NCBI GenBank assembly: GCA_003990765.1
Contig: RBNJ01000124.1
Coordinates: 1-40,289, forward strand
Source: Jimgerdemannia flammicorona
Lineage: Eukaryota
Length of the DNA: 40,289 nucleotides
Reading direction: 5' to 3'
Shown here piece after piece: positions 1 through 13,033 of the stretch. The notes below the pieces were generated by a model. It ran no database searches. It had not been told where the DNA came from and worked only from the letters and a program-made list of their open reading frames with translations. The position numbers were made by a program, and so were the translations under genes. How positions within the stretch are numbered: the first letter of the stretch is position 1; the number at the start of each line of letters is the position of its first letter.

Positions 1-76
<76 letters not shown>
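1..76 (+). repeat. Poly(A) run at the window start
   Basis: 76 A residues ending 4 nt before the Gypsy A LTR. Could be a LINE tail or a contig-end homopolymer. Confidence 0.7.
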
Positions 77-79
<3 letters not shown>

Positions 80-80
80 T

Positions 81-562
81 TATAATATAGTAGATGTATA
101 ATTATAGAAGTATATTGGATTTTTATATTTTAAAAACTTAATCTTATTTGACTCTACAGAGTTCTCAGAATGCAGTAAGTGAGTTCAAAGTATATCTGTT
201 TACAGACTTATTAGTTCTCTTACTTTCTCTTTACTTTGAACTATTTTGATCTGAGGTTTATTTACTCTAGATACTGAAGATATTTATATAAATTTACTAG
301 CTATAAGATAGCTAAGTTATGACTATATTTTCTGTGAGTTATTCTTCATAAGTATTAATTCTTAACATCTGTTAATCTTTGATAATTATCAAAACTTTTA
401 ACATTTGTGAAATCTCATACTTTAATATTTATTAAAGTTTCTATATTTGTAAAATATAACTACTATTTATAAAACTATACTATATTTGAAAATCAGATTC
501 AGATACTATAATAAAATATCTATTCTTCTGATTTATATTACTAATTTAGATCAACTATTACA
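81..562 (-). repeat. 3' LTR of Gypsy A (482 bp)
   Basis: Termini TATAA (decayed TGTAA) and TTACA. Followed on + by ACTTTCTTCTCT, which is a polypurine tract on the minus strand. Colinear with 14899-15235. Confidence 0.82.
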
Positions 563-579
563 ACTTTCTTCTAAATAGA

Positions 580-1110
580 TAATTTATCTCTAAAATATTC
601 TTTTCATTCAAACTCTCAAGTTTCTATAATTTGTATTTCCTTATACTGTATAATTTATATCATTATATTCTCTCAATAATATCTCTTGATATATCTAAAG
701 TCTCTTAGAACTACTTCTCAGAAATGGACTAGAGCTGGCTTATCATCTTTGAATAACTTATTAACTTATTTGACAATTGTGATCTAAGTATGAGAGAGCT
801 GGCACTCTCTGATCCAGTCTTCTTTTCCCATCTCTGGCTATAAGTTTAGTAGCTGTCTCAACTTGAAGTATTCTTGAAACTTAGTCTGATTTTGGTAGAT
901 CTTGAAATGTGAGATTTATAACAAATATATCTGGACTATACTCTAGATACTATTAAAGAATTATTCTATAATTGGTAGTTCAGTAGTATACTATTGTCTT
1001 TCTATAGCTCATTATATAGCACTGGTGATCTTGAGAACTGCAAAAGTACTTTATTGATTAGTTATAATACTTCTTGAGTCAGTTTTGATAAATAGTAGTA
1101 AGGATGATTA
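580..1110 (-). pseudogene. Decayed accessory ORF downstream of pol in Gypsy A
   Basis: Minus-frame translation with revertible stops: QEYFKL(R/G)QLLNL*PEMGKEDWIRECQLSHT*ITIVK*VNKLFKDDKPALVHF*EVVLRDFRYIK. Lies between the integrase and the PPT. Boundaries are approximate. Confidence 0.6.
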
Positions 1111-2345
1111 TGCCTAAGAGTTTTTATAGCCAAAAGGTAATTTCTTTTATATCTTATATCAAGTAAGATTCTTTCTACTTAGGCTTCAGCTTTTGTGATC
1201 ATGAAGCTTCTACTATATTCTGATATACCAGAACTTTGTCTTCTATCTTAATAATCTCTAGAGACTTGTAAATCTTTTCAGTATTATTCTATTATAGTAT
1301 CTATACTCTGGTTATATAATTCTCAGTCTTCTTTCTAATTTAATATAGTCTCTATATTTTTGTATCTCTATATTTCTATATAGCATCTCTATTAGATAAT
1401 AAGGTTTCTTGAGAACTTCTTCTCTAAATAACATCTCTCAAGAGATAAAATAGGTACTTTGTGATCAGATATCTCAGAGCATAGATAATGCTATTGGCAG
1501 ATAGTGATCTCAGTTTTCATAGTTATTACAGATTTTAGTGATGATATTCTTGAGAGTCTTATTAGTTCTTTCTGCTTATTTATTTCTCTAAGGATAATAG
1601 ACTATAGTCTGAGCAGTGGAAGAGGAGAGCCCAGCAGGAGCCAGAGGAGTAAATCCAGAGCCAGTGTCAAAGCAAATAGAAGATATATAGAAGAGTATAT
1701 ATAAGAGAGATGAATAAAGAATATAACAAAAAATGTATCAGTCATTTACTACTATATAAAAATATAGTCCTTATATATAAAATATGATATTTCAAATAGG
1801 AGAATATGCTACAACTCAGTGTTAACTGAATTAGGAATCACATAATTACTAGAGATAAGCAGAGATAAAGAGAGAGTCAATTCTAATTATAGGATAAAAA
1901 TCACAAATAAATACAAATAAAACAAATCTAAATCAAGATTAAAAAACATCTGCAGACCCCAGAGAGATCTCACACTTGCTTCAGAGTCTTGGCCTTACTC
2001 TGCTCTCCTCTGCTGTCTTTGGTCCCTTACTTTACTTAGACTTACTATAGCTTGCTCTATTTCAGCCTCACCCCTCACTTATGCTCACTCCTCCAGGGTC
2101 TGCAGATGTTTTTTAATTTTAATTTGGATTTGTTTTATTTATATTTATTTGTGATTTTTATCCTACAACTAAGATTGGCTCTTTCTTTATCTCTACTTAT
2201 CTTCAGTAGTCATATGGTTCCTAATTCAGTTCACCCTAAGTTGTAGCATATCCTCTTATTTGAAATATTATATTTTATATATAAGGACTGCATTTTTACA
2301 TATATAGTAATAAATGGCTAATGTATTTTTGGTTATATTCTTTGT

Positions 2346-3290
2346 TTGTCTCTCTTATATATGCTCTTTTATATATCTTTTATTCACTTTGACACTAGCT
2401 CTGGGTTCACTCTCCTGGCTCTCACTGGGCCCTCCTCCTTCACTACTATACCATCTACTCTCAGGGCCTCTACCTCTATTGATGAGGTTATGGATGAGAT
2501 TCCTCCTCCTCTCCTTCCTCTTGCTTTTATCTCTGCCACTGTCTCATTTGAGACCTATATCTTATCTGTCATCCTTTCCCTCTCTCTGAACCTTTGCCTG
2601 TCTGGTTGTCTACTCTTCTCTCAGTTCCAATTAGTCCTTACTCTTTCTGCCAAGAAAGCTTATCTTTACTGTAACATTGATGTCATTGCTCTGCCCACTG
2701 TCTGCTACTCTATTCTTTCTGAGGCCTGCCACCAAGCCCTCTCTGAAGAAGTTCATACTGCCACTACTACTGCTAAGCTTATTACTACCAATACTGTTAC
2801 TGCTTCTGCTACTGCCACTTCTGCCTCCTTCCACCATATCTGTGCCTCCTTTGTGGCCCTCACATCCTCCCACTTCATGAATGCTAACCCTTTCTGTGGC
2901 TTTGCCATCTATGATGTTTTCTCTACTACTACTGATATTGATACTATTTGTTACTTTCTCTTTGCTGGCATCTCCTTTGTTACTCATCTTTATGAGCAGA
3001 AAATAGCATATACTACCACCACTGCTTGCACTACCACCACTACTCCCCTGTCTGTCTCCTCTGAGGTTTTGATCTCTGAGGCCATCTACACTAAAGCCTA
3101 TGCTACTGCTTATACTGAGGTTTATTTCTTTGCCACTACTGCTGCCAAGACTCTTGTCAAGATCTCTGCTAAGCTCAATAGGGCTTTTTCAGCCTCTTCT
3201 CAGTCTCCCTCCCCTACCAAGGCCTCCTCCTCCATTCCCTCTGCCCCCAAGCATGGCTGCCAACTTGGTTCTTACCCTGTCAGGACTTGA
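2346..3290 (+). pseudogene. PLE ORF1-like open stretch (Ala/Thr/Ser-rich), decayed
   Basis: 314-aa open frame in the ORF track, just downstream of the 5' pseudo-LTR and upstream of the RT. A plausible ATG is at 2490. No recognisable domain. Confidence 0.45.
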
Positions 3291-4329
3291 CTCTATGCTG
3301 TCTGCTCTGATCACCTCTACCATACTTACTGGTACCTGGTCAAGTCTGTCTGTTCCCATGGTAGTGTCCCTTATACTGCTGTCCCTTCAGCTACTCACTC
3401 TCTCTCTACCTCCTCTACTGACTTCTCCTCTGTCTCCTCTACCCATATTCCTGAATGTAAGAGCTATACAAAAGTCTGTGGCCACAAGGTCTGGCACTCT
3501 GACAGAGTGTACTCCTGCTCATTGGGCTCACTATCTTCAAAAAAAGTCAGAGAGAAGGAGAAGGCCTCCTGCTCTTAAACTTCTCCCCAGTATAGTTCTT
3601 CCCCAGATCTCTGTTTCTTCTCAGATTCTATTGTTGCTTCTGGTATGCCCTGAGTGATTCCTCATGCTGTCCCCCCTTTCTCAGTTATTTGTCCTGAACT
3701 TTTGGGTTTATTCTTCTCTTAGAACACTTTTGTCTCCTCCTTTTTCTTTAGCTGACTGCTTCCTTTCTCCTCTTCAAGTCTTTGCTTTATCCTTGGGTCC
3801 TTGCTTTGTCTTCTCTGCAACTCCCTCACAATTCTCCTTCACCAATCTGGCTCATCTTACACACTTCCATCATTCTTGACTTTGTTATCTTCTTTAAGAA
3901 TTATAGTGAGATACTCTCTTGCTATTATGTCTCTAGTAATTAGGTCCCTCCTCCCAATGTCTCTTCACACTGTATATTTCTTGACATGGCTTACTCACTA
4001 TCTGTTTCTAGATATACTTACTCTTGCTTAGTTTCAGACTATATCATACATACTGTACTTAAATCAATCAAGTAACTGCCTCTATATTTACTCACAGTTA
4101 CTGATAAGAATTAGGGTTTTATACTTATTCCTAAGTCACTCTATCTTGACAGCCTTTCTGCCCTCCTTTGAGCTGTAGTTTATAAGCCTAGTGCTCTTAG
4201 ATTGGATGAGGTTCTCACTTTTCTTCAGATTTCTCTGGCTTATACCAGATTACTTTCAGATTCTTTGTTTACAAACTCCATTTTTAACTTCTTCCAGGAC
4301 TCTTTGTCTTTGTCAGACATTTGTCTTCT

Positions 4330-5160
4330 GGTTTTTTATGCTCTTCCTAAAGTCTACAAGCCTACTTTGGCTTAGCATCTCATTATAGCTGCTTATAGCT
4401 TACTCACTACTGAGATTGTAAAGTAGTTATTCTACTTCTTTCTCTCTTGGATAGCTCTTCTACAATACTGTCTTGGGCCTGAGTACATAATTCTTCATGA
4501 CACTCAGGAGCTCACCCTTCTCTACTCTACCATTATGCCTATTCACCATTTTTCACATTTGGCCTCTAGTGACTTCTCTTTCTTCTATACTGCTATTTAT
4601 TTTGATAAGATCAATGATTGTCTTCACTTTTTAGGTTCTATTGTTTTTCCTTTAGATTTCCCAGTTTTGCTAGCTTCTATTGTTGAGCTTATACATACTC
4701 CTCATCTACAGCTCCAACTATTTTAAGTTGGCCCTTAACTCCTTTTATCAGACCTCTGGTATTACTATAGGAATAAATTATACCTCCACCCTTGCTAACC
4801 TTATTGGCCTGACCCATGAACTTCATATGATATGTGATCCTTCTTCACCTCTTTCTATCATATTCTGGGCTGGAGATATCTTCTTTTACTGATATATTGA
4901 TAACTTTATTATTCTTACTATTGCTAGTATTGATATTTCTAGTGTGTTTTATAGTATCTATCTATTCCATCATTCTATTACTTGGGTGTGTGGTATAACC
5001 AATATTCTCTTTTTAGACCTTTCCATTTCTCTTTCTCCCTTCTGAACTGTTGTTTATTCTCATTTCTCCCATTTCCAACAGTTCTCTGACTTCTGTTCCA
5101 ATCATCCTCATCACACTCTTCTTGAATACATTTATGGTAAGATATATCATCTTATACTAT
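4330..5160 (+). pseudogene. PLE reverse transcriptase core and thumb, disrupted
   Basis: PLE RT motifs occur in the correct order but with stops and frameshifts. Confidence 0.8.
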
Positions 5161-7029
5161 ACTGCTCCTGTCATTCTGATTGGGTGTCTGCTATTCAGGT
5201 TCTTGATAACTTCATAGTTCATCATTGTACCTACTCTATTTCTATCATTCATGATCTGCTTGCTTCTGTTGAATGGTGTATTGTTTGCTCTTCCCTCCTC
5301 TCTTTTCTTTATCTCTCTTTCCTTCTCTCCCTCCCCTCTTACTCTCTCCATACCCCCTCTTCATTTCCACTCCTGATTCTTATTATATTATTTGATTATA
5401 CTTGCTAGATTGTACAATGTTCTGATACTATTCTGCACTCTTCTCTTTTTTACCATAGACTTTATCTCTTTCTTAATATTTTCTGATTACTTATTCATAT
5501 CTTTCTTCTATTTCTTCTTTAATCCATTACTCTTATTTTGTGTTTTCATTATCTTCTGATATCTTCAGCTCTGCTAGAGAGGATTAAAAAACATCCTTGC
5601 TCCCTCTGGAGTCTTGTGCTTACTCTGGAGTCTCAGCCTTACTCTACTTCTCTCTACTATCTTGGGCTTCTTGCTTCACTTAGGCTCACTATAACTTATA
5701 CTATTTCAGCCTCACCCCTTACTCACACTCATCTCTCTGGAGTCTGTAGATGTTTTTTAATCTCAATTCAGATTTATTTTGTTTGTATTTTTTTGTGATT
5801 TTTATCCTGCAACTGGGATTGACTCTCTCTTTATCTCTGCTTATCTCTGGTGGTCATGTGATTTCTAATTTGGTTTGTCTTGAGTTGTGGTACATCCTAT
5901 TATTTGGGATATTATATTTTATATATAAGGACTGTATTTTTATATAGTAATAAAAAGCTGATGCATTTTTGGTTATATTCTTTATTCATCTCCCTTATAT
6001 ATATATACTCTTCTATATATCTTCTATTTACTTTGACACTGGCTCTGAGTTCACTCTCTTGGCTTCCACTGGGCTCTCCTCCTCCACTCCTATGCTGAAT
6101 CTTGTACTTTTTATAGAGAATCTCAAAGAACTGATTCATAAATTCTGTTTCTCTATCTATAGTTACTTATAATAGGGTCTTAAATTGATAGATGATTTCT
6201 TTGTGGTAGAAATCAGTAATTGATTATATATTGACTTCCTTGAGAGATTCTGTCTCTATCTATTTTGTAAAAAGATCTATAATGACAATAATATATTGGT
6301 TGCCAGTCAAAGTCAAGGATAGAGGACTAATTATATCTATTATAATATATATAAAGAGTACTGATTCTATATATACTGATCCAGGAATTTGATTTTATTA
6401 ATCTTATTTCTATTTCTAGTATTTGTCACAGATCTTGATAAATTGTCTGATATTTTTCTCTATTTCTGACCACTATATTATTCTTCTTGCTTTATTATAT
6501 ATATTTGTTTCTTCTAGATAGTTAAGTTTATATACTAATTTCATTACTTGCTTCTTGTATTTAGGTATAACTAGTAGCTTTTCTTTCTTTAGTATTTCTC
6601 TATTAGTCTCAAATTATTTCTATATTCTATTGATAATTATTTATATCCATTCTTCCAGATATTGGAGTATCTTTAACTATTCTAGATAGGTGATAATTCC
6701 ATAGTAAAGTTCCTTATTCATAATTGATTTGCTGGTTAAGAGTTCTTCAGGATATCTGTGAGAGAGTATCTATATTGGCATTAGTTCTTCCAAAATAGTA
6801 TATAATAGTTATATCATAGATTTGTAACTTTATAATCGATCTAACATAGATTTCTTTAAGTTATCCAGTAGTCAGTAGTTAGATAAGAGCTAAACGGTCT
6901 GTTTGAATGGTGAAGTATCTTTCTACAAGATAGTAGTAGAACTTCTCTATGGCAAGATATTCCAACTTATAGAATTCATATACTTTTTCAGCTTCTCAAG
7001 TTTCTTAACTAAGATATGTAATTATATAT

Positions 7030-8614
7030 TATAATAGTGATCTCAGAATAATGATATCAGTATAGAAGACAGTCTTTCTTTATAAGCTACTAGATCATAG
7101 TACAAGAAGATCATATGGTATAACTCACCTAGGCTACAAGATGAACAATAATGACCAACTGTGAGTCATTGTAACTACAAGATAGACATCTTGAGGAATA
7201 TAAAAGAAAGATTGAGAAATTATAGTAATAGTAACTTAAACAAGACTTACAGAAATAGCTCAAAAGACTTACTATAAACAAAATATCTACTACTCACCAA
7301 ACCTCAAGATCCAGAAACTACCAAGGCTCCTTAGTCCAGAAAAAAAATATTCCAAGACATTAGAAGAGCTATGAGGACTCATATAAGAAGGACTCCTAGC
7401 CTCAATTTAGGTACTGGTGATCCTTATCATTATATTCTCTACTACTATGAAATGGAAACAGAATCACCATTATTACCAAATGCCTCTAGATATGATAGAA
7501 ATATGAAATAGGAAACCTTCTCTACCAGGAATTTCCTCAGATCAGTTACCAAGAAATACAAAATACCATTCCTATGGATATATATGAAATAAGGATAGCT
7601 AAGAAGATTTATTAGATCTTTAGGCATCAATCTCTAACTTGGAGTATACTAAGATCTCAGACTTCAAGAAACTATCAGCTTACCATACCAATGTACTAGA
7701 GGTCATAGTGGCCACAGAAGCCCAGTCTACTATTACTCTCAATAGTGATGAGATAGGAGAGTTCTAGAACTCTATCCTTGAGAACAATCTTGATCAATTC
7801 CTGTAAGAATTGATCTCAGCATTCCAAGGCCCCAGTATCTAGATTAGACCTCTCTAAGATCTTATATTTATCCTTTATTTTATGAAAGAGAATTTCATAG
7901 ATTGGAGAGCTCCAGATCTTCTTGTTTTCCCTACCACTGAATGAGATGATATCACCTGTGATGATATCATTAATGATGATATCATCCTGTATGATATGTG
8001 TGAAGTACATGAAATATATGATATATATGAAATGGTCAAAACATTCATAGACCTCATCTCCTTTGAAGATATCCTATCTCTGACCTCTGGCCTTGATAAT
8101 AGTGATGAAGATAAAGTCCCTATAGTCCTGAACTTTCTGCTCTAAGTTTTTGGTAATACTGAATTCTATCAGTATTTTTTTCTTATATAACTGTTATTCT
8201 TCTGGTATTCTGATCTTATATAACTCAGAAATTCTTTTGGTATTCTTTTTCTGTACTACTAAAATTCTACCAGCATTCTGAACTTGTACTTATAATCATA
8301 GTTTTCTATATTCTTATATTTTATTTGGTTATTGGAATTTATATTATAACTTAGCAACCATTAAATTATATTTTATATAAATATTCCTCTTATTTCCTTT
8401 GAAATAAAGTTAGTTTCAGTTCACTTATTCTCAATTCCATGCAAGCAATCTAAGAGATAACAAAACAGTTTAAAGATAAGAAGTTTAAGAACTATAAGAC
8501 CTTAGGAAGATACTCCAATAAGAACTTGCTTATAACAAACTTGAAGTTAGTTTAAGAGATATACCTTGAAGAGAATCTGATATATTTGAAGGACTCAGTA
8601 ACCACTACATGATA
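7030..8614 (+). mobile_element. Solo LTR of family B inserted in the RNase H of Gypsy A
   Basis: Reverse-complement match to 21640-23114 and 28796-30394. Termini TATAA (TGTAA) and TGATA (TGACA). 4-bp TSD ATAT at 7026-7029 and 8615-8618. The RNase H sequence rejoins across it. Confidence 0.85.
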
Positions 8615-9799
8615 ATATTCTACTTTGTCTTTCTTCTGGATCAGAACTACTTCTATATACTTACATCTATCTACAGAATAAATTCTTGAGTCTAATTAGA
8701 TCTTCTGAGGATAGGTATCTAGGTCAGCCTAATCTTGAGTTTATCAAATACTTTCTGTTATCTGCCAGTCTATTGAAACTTGACATTCTTCTTGTTTAGT
8801 TTATAGATTGGGCCTACAATATTGGAAAATCCTTTGATAAATCTGCAGTAGTATGAGGCTAGTCCCATGAAGGCTTAAACTTCAGTAACTGTGGTAGATC
8901 TTGAGTATACTGCTACTGCTTGAATTTTGAGAGAGTCTGTATATATTCTATCTCAGTTAATGATATGGTCAAGATAAGAGATCTCAATTTCTGAAAATTT
9001 ATACTTTTTAAGCTTGATATATAAGTCATACTATCTTAGCTTCTCTATCATCTGCTGGATATACTGTAGATATTTCTCAGCTATCTTGCTATAGATAATA
9101 ATATTATCTATATAAACTATCATCTATCTTCTCATATTATAGTAGAAGATTTTATTTATTATTTACTGGAAGCTTACTAGTATATTATACATTCTGAATA
9201 GTATTTATAGATAGATATAGATTCTGTTTAGGGTGATAAAGACTGATTTCTCACTTACTACTTCTATGAGAACAATTTGGTAAAATTCTAAGTATAAGTC
9301 CAAAGTACTGTAATACTGTACTTTATTTTCCAGAGTTATTAGGATATTACTGATGAGGGGCAATGATTGACAATCCTTCTTGGTAACTAGGTTGAGCTTT
9401 CAATAATCAATGTAGAGTCTTGGGGTGAATTTTTCTAGCTTGCTTGCTTTCTTTATGGCTAATATTACTAGTGAAGCTCAAGGATAGCTAGCTTCTTTGA
9501 TAATACTAGCTTCTTCCATCTACTTGATTTCTTCTCTGAGCCATTCATAGTAGGTTGGTAGAATTGGTTTTGCTTTTTAACAGATTGGTTCAGTATCTCC
9601 TGTATCTATATAATAATAGTAGTGTGGAGTCTTTTTCTTAATATTCTTGAAGTCTATAGCCAGAATATCTTTGAATTCATAGAGTATTTTCTTGAGTTCC
9701 TTTTTGAGTAGAAATTTATTTTTAATAATATAACTATACTTATTTGTAGTTTTCTTCTTCTTATGATCCAGTTTGGTAATCTTAGTACTAGTGAATACT

Positions 9800-10200
9800 C
9801 TTCTTTCTATGGATTTGAATTCCTTTCTTTTCTCTCTATTTTCTCTAACTTCTTAACTTCTATGATTTTTGGCTGAAGAACTGAGAATATTAACATTTAT
9901 ATCAGTCAGTAGTTCTTCTTAATTAGAAATGAAATTGTAGGGTTGTGGTTTCTAGTAATGAGTAGTATTTCTCCATATAATCTAAATTAATGACTTTCCC
10001 TTCAATAGTAATCTCACTCTTAGCCAGACTACTTCTTGTCTTAAGAATTCTGACATGGTCTTTTGGAATAGTTATCTCTAGATTTATTGTAAGTAGAGTA
10101 GTTGTCTAGAGCTTAAGTATAATTTCTTCTACTGTAACAATATCTATTTTAGCTACATTCTCTAACTTATATTCTAATAGAACTATATTAGGGTGAATCC
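9800..10200 (-). pseudogene. dUTPase domain remnant in Gypsy A pol
   Basis: KTRSSLAKSEITIEGKVINLDY...RNHNPT, colinear with the Gypsy B dUTPase. Lies between protease and RT. Confidence 0.8.
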
Positions 10201-11738
10201 TCTGAATCTTGACCTTGATTTCTTCTTCATTATTACTATCTTTTAGAAGAGCTGGTGACTCATCATCCTCTTTCTCTTTCTCTTCTCTTACTTGCTTTTC
10301 AAGAGCCTTCTATATTTTTTCATAGTATATCTTCTTGATACTACTGGTATACTGGTAGCAATCATTGATATACTCCATATAATATATCTTGATTACATGG
10401 GAGTAGACTCCTTGTGGTATATATTCTTCTACAATCTTCTTATACCAGTCCTCTTCACTAATCCATCCAACTTTCTTCTTTATTTTCTGAGTAGTCACTA
10501 TATAGACTTCTTCTTGCTCACTTTCTTCTTTCTCTACATATCTCTAGTACATAGTACTCCTTTATTGATATTGATAGAAATTCACATCTTCTGTCCTTTG
10601 TAGATAATTTGCATCTTCTGGGCATTCAGATTAATTATTGCTCTAGCTTTATAAAACCACTAGTTGCTGATGAGAATGTTATAGTTGGTTACATTAGTTA
10701 CAATGATATCTATTAGAATTGTTGCTCTTCTAAACTTGATGGGAATATCCTGAATCTTTCCTAGAGGTGTGGCTCTTATACTATCTATTGTGACAAATAC
10801 TAATTTAGTTATTTCTTCTATCTCCCAACCTAGATGATCTGCTGTTTTCTTGCTGAGAAGACATCCTTCTGCTCCAGTATCAATAATTACTTTAAAGATT
10901 CTGTCCTTGATCTAATAGATTGCATAGGCAGAGATCTTGTAATTATCTTCACTTTCTTCTTCTGAGTCTTCTTGAACATTATTGGCCTTAGTTATCTTTC
11001 AACCTTACTCCTTGATTGTCTCAGTAAGTCTATATCATATTTGTTATCTAAATGTGAGAATTTCTACCAGCTGGCCAAAAGTTGTATTGACTTTTTATTA
11101 ACTGAGGTCCTTGAAGATATCATACTTGAAGATCTTAGTTTTGTAAAGCTTCTACTCCTTTTCTCCTTTAATAACTAGAGTAGTTTCTCAAATAATATCT
11201 TGAACAGTCTGTTTCAGCTCTATATCTTGATCTATTTCTTCAGCTTGGCTTTCTGTAGTAGTCTCTATCTATTTTTCTATAGAGTTCTTCTTGGGTCTCT
11301 CTGATAATCTCTTATAGGATTACTTGTAGACATTCTTCTTAATAGTCTTAGTAGGATAAGCTTTCCATTCTTCTTCATCTAATTCTCCAATCTCTTCAAG
11401 GTAATAGTATTAGCCTGTTCTTTATTTTGAATAGTATTGCTTAACTGGACTATAAGTGCACAACCTCTAAGCCACCAAAATCACATGTCACCCTTGGAAC
11501 AAGCCACTGAAATTACACATGACCTCTGAACAAATCTGGAAATCACCTGCTTGATCACGAAGCTGAGTCAAACTGAAGTCACAGCGCACAAAGCTGAGTC
11601 AATACGAAGTCACAGAATACAAGAATTACATAAACGGAATCTTACCAATTAGGACCAAATACATATATACTGAGCACTGAGACGCATCAAATCAGAGAAC
11701 CAAAACAAACAACAACCACAACTTCCAAATACACAAAC

Positions 11739-12836
11739 ATGACCACTGAGATCTACAACTACATCCGCACTAACATTTGAAATGTCATTATCAACCGAGC
11801 CACACCCCCTCTGCCCCTCATGAATATCCATAGCCTGGCACCCCTCTACTTCATAGAAGTCCAATGGAATGCCCTGAACATGCTTAGTGAGGCCCACCGA
11901 ATCAGACAAATCTCAAGCTACTACCAGATCGGCCGCCTCCTGGAAGACATAGTCGAACATCACTATGATACAGACATTACCCAGATGTCTCAACACCAGA
12001 AGCTCATCACCCGCAAACATTGAGAACTCTTCTATGAGTATAACACCTTTATTCCCCGCCTCTGAGTCACTATCAGTGAAATGGTTGCTACCCTGTCCTA
12101 TGGCCAAATTGATGACATGATACAAGAACTCAACCACAAGTACCTTGAATATGTGCAGACTACAGACAGAACCTTCCCACACCCTGATGACCATATTCTG
12201 CAAATGCCTCAAGTCAGATACACTATGAAGGATGTCTACGATATAATCCACTTCGACGAAGATGAAGCAGAAGACAATGACCCCTCTGATGCCGACATGA
12301 CCTCTAGCCAAGGATCTCTGCCAACCCTGATCACACTGCCAAACTTGCCAATGAACTTGCAATAGTTCATAACTGCATACGAGACTTATTGGGACAATGA
12401 CCACTGGCATGAATATCAACCCGCGTTTACCCCCGACTACTTCAACTACAATGAAGAAACCAGAGAACACAACCTGTACCTCCAGACAACCCTTGAGATT
12501 GAACCAACCACTCCACCATCTGAGTATGAGCAACATGAACTACAGCCACCAGCTTACTACAATCCTGCAACTCATAGTGCTGTAACCTATAGAAGGTATG
12601 CAGACAGTGAATCCGATGAAAGCAAAGACAATACATCCATCCTTCGCCCACCAACACCTTATCCAGCCTATGAGACAGATGATGCTATCCTATGGGATGG
12701 AGACGAAGTTCTAATGTACTATTATCTCAGCGAACAAGGAGAAGTAATTCGCAAACCATTATTTCTAGACAACTACTTCATCAGAGATGATACAATCGAT
12801 GGTGATGTCATCGAAGACTACCCAGACAGTGCCTAA
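11739..12836 (+). pseudogene. LTR-encoded 365-aa ORF of unknown function with 4 premature stops
   Basis: Single frame from ATG 11739 to TAA 12836, containing track ORFs 11820-12023 and 12081-12365. No frameshift. The interrupting stops are three TGA and one TAG, each revertible to CGA or CAG. The C-terminal half is acidic and Tyr/Pro-rich. Confidence 0.8.
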
Positions 12837-13025
12837 ACTCATAAATAGCCTAGCAGTCATAGTATAGTTAGATTAGCCTTGTACGATATGACTGTGAACT
12901 AACTCAGCAGTCAGATGATCTCTTGATATATCAGATCACACTTGTACTATGTGACTTCATTCCGACTCAGCAAAGCACTTAGTGCTACACCCATATTTAG
13001 CATAGTCCAGATAGCCCCTCACTAG

Positions 13026-13033
13026 TATAAATA
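13026..13033 (+). promoter_or_regulatory. TATA box of LTR C
   Basis: TATAAATA followed by a C-rich tract, downstream of the ORF and upstream of AATAAA, as expected near a U3/R boundary. Confidence 0.55.

Larger units (their letters stand above)
1613..6090 (+). mobile_element. Penelope-like retroelement, apparently endonuclease-less (Athena/Coprina-type), with direct pseudo-LTRs and an inverted 5' pseudo-LTR
   Basis: PLE-type RT motifs: FYALPKV(Y/H)KP ~4333, SDFSFFYTAI ~4570, YQTSGITIGINYTSTLANL ~4745, (R)YIDN ~4890, LFLDLSI ~5008, SNHPHH ~5097. Direct repeats ~1965-2450 and ~5605-6090. Inverted copy at 1613-1960. No GIY-YIG motif recognised. Confidence 0.82.

Noticed and set aside
1-76. Terminal poly(A) and poly(C) runs as telomeric or functional ends
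   Set aside because: No telomeric repeat unit. Homopolymers at both window ends are more simply assembly break points.
3100-3657. Leu/Ser/Pro-rich ORFs across the PLE as membrane proteins
   Set aside because: By-products of the strong pyrimidine strand bias and C->T decay of the PLE.
5605-6090. Hammerhead ribozyme in the PLE pseudo-LTR (CTGATG at ~5958)
   Set aside because: No CTGANGA/GAAA core with flanking stems was found in any of the three copies. A covariance-model search on the consensus would be needed.
11913-12536. 207-aa minus-strand ORF in LTR C
   Set aside because: Antisense shadow of the longer plus-strand ORF, with a hydrophobic composition explained by the C/A-rich plus strand.
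11739-12836. In-frame TGA codons as an alternative genetic code or selenocysteine readthrough
   Set aside because: All are explained by CGA->TGA or CAG->TAG decay, and the host XPO7 gene uses TGA as its stop.
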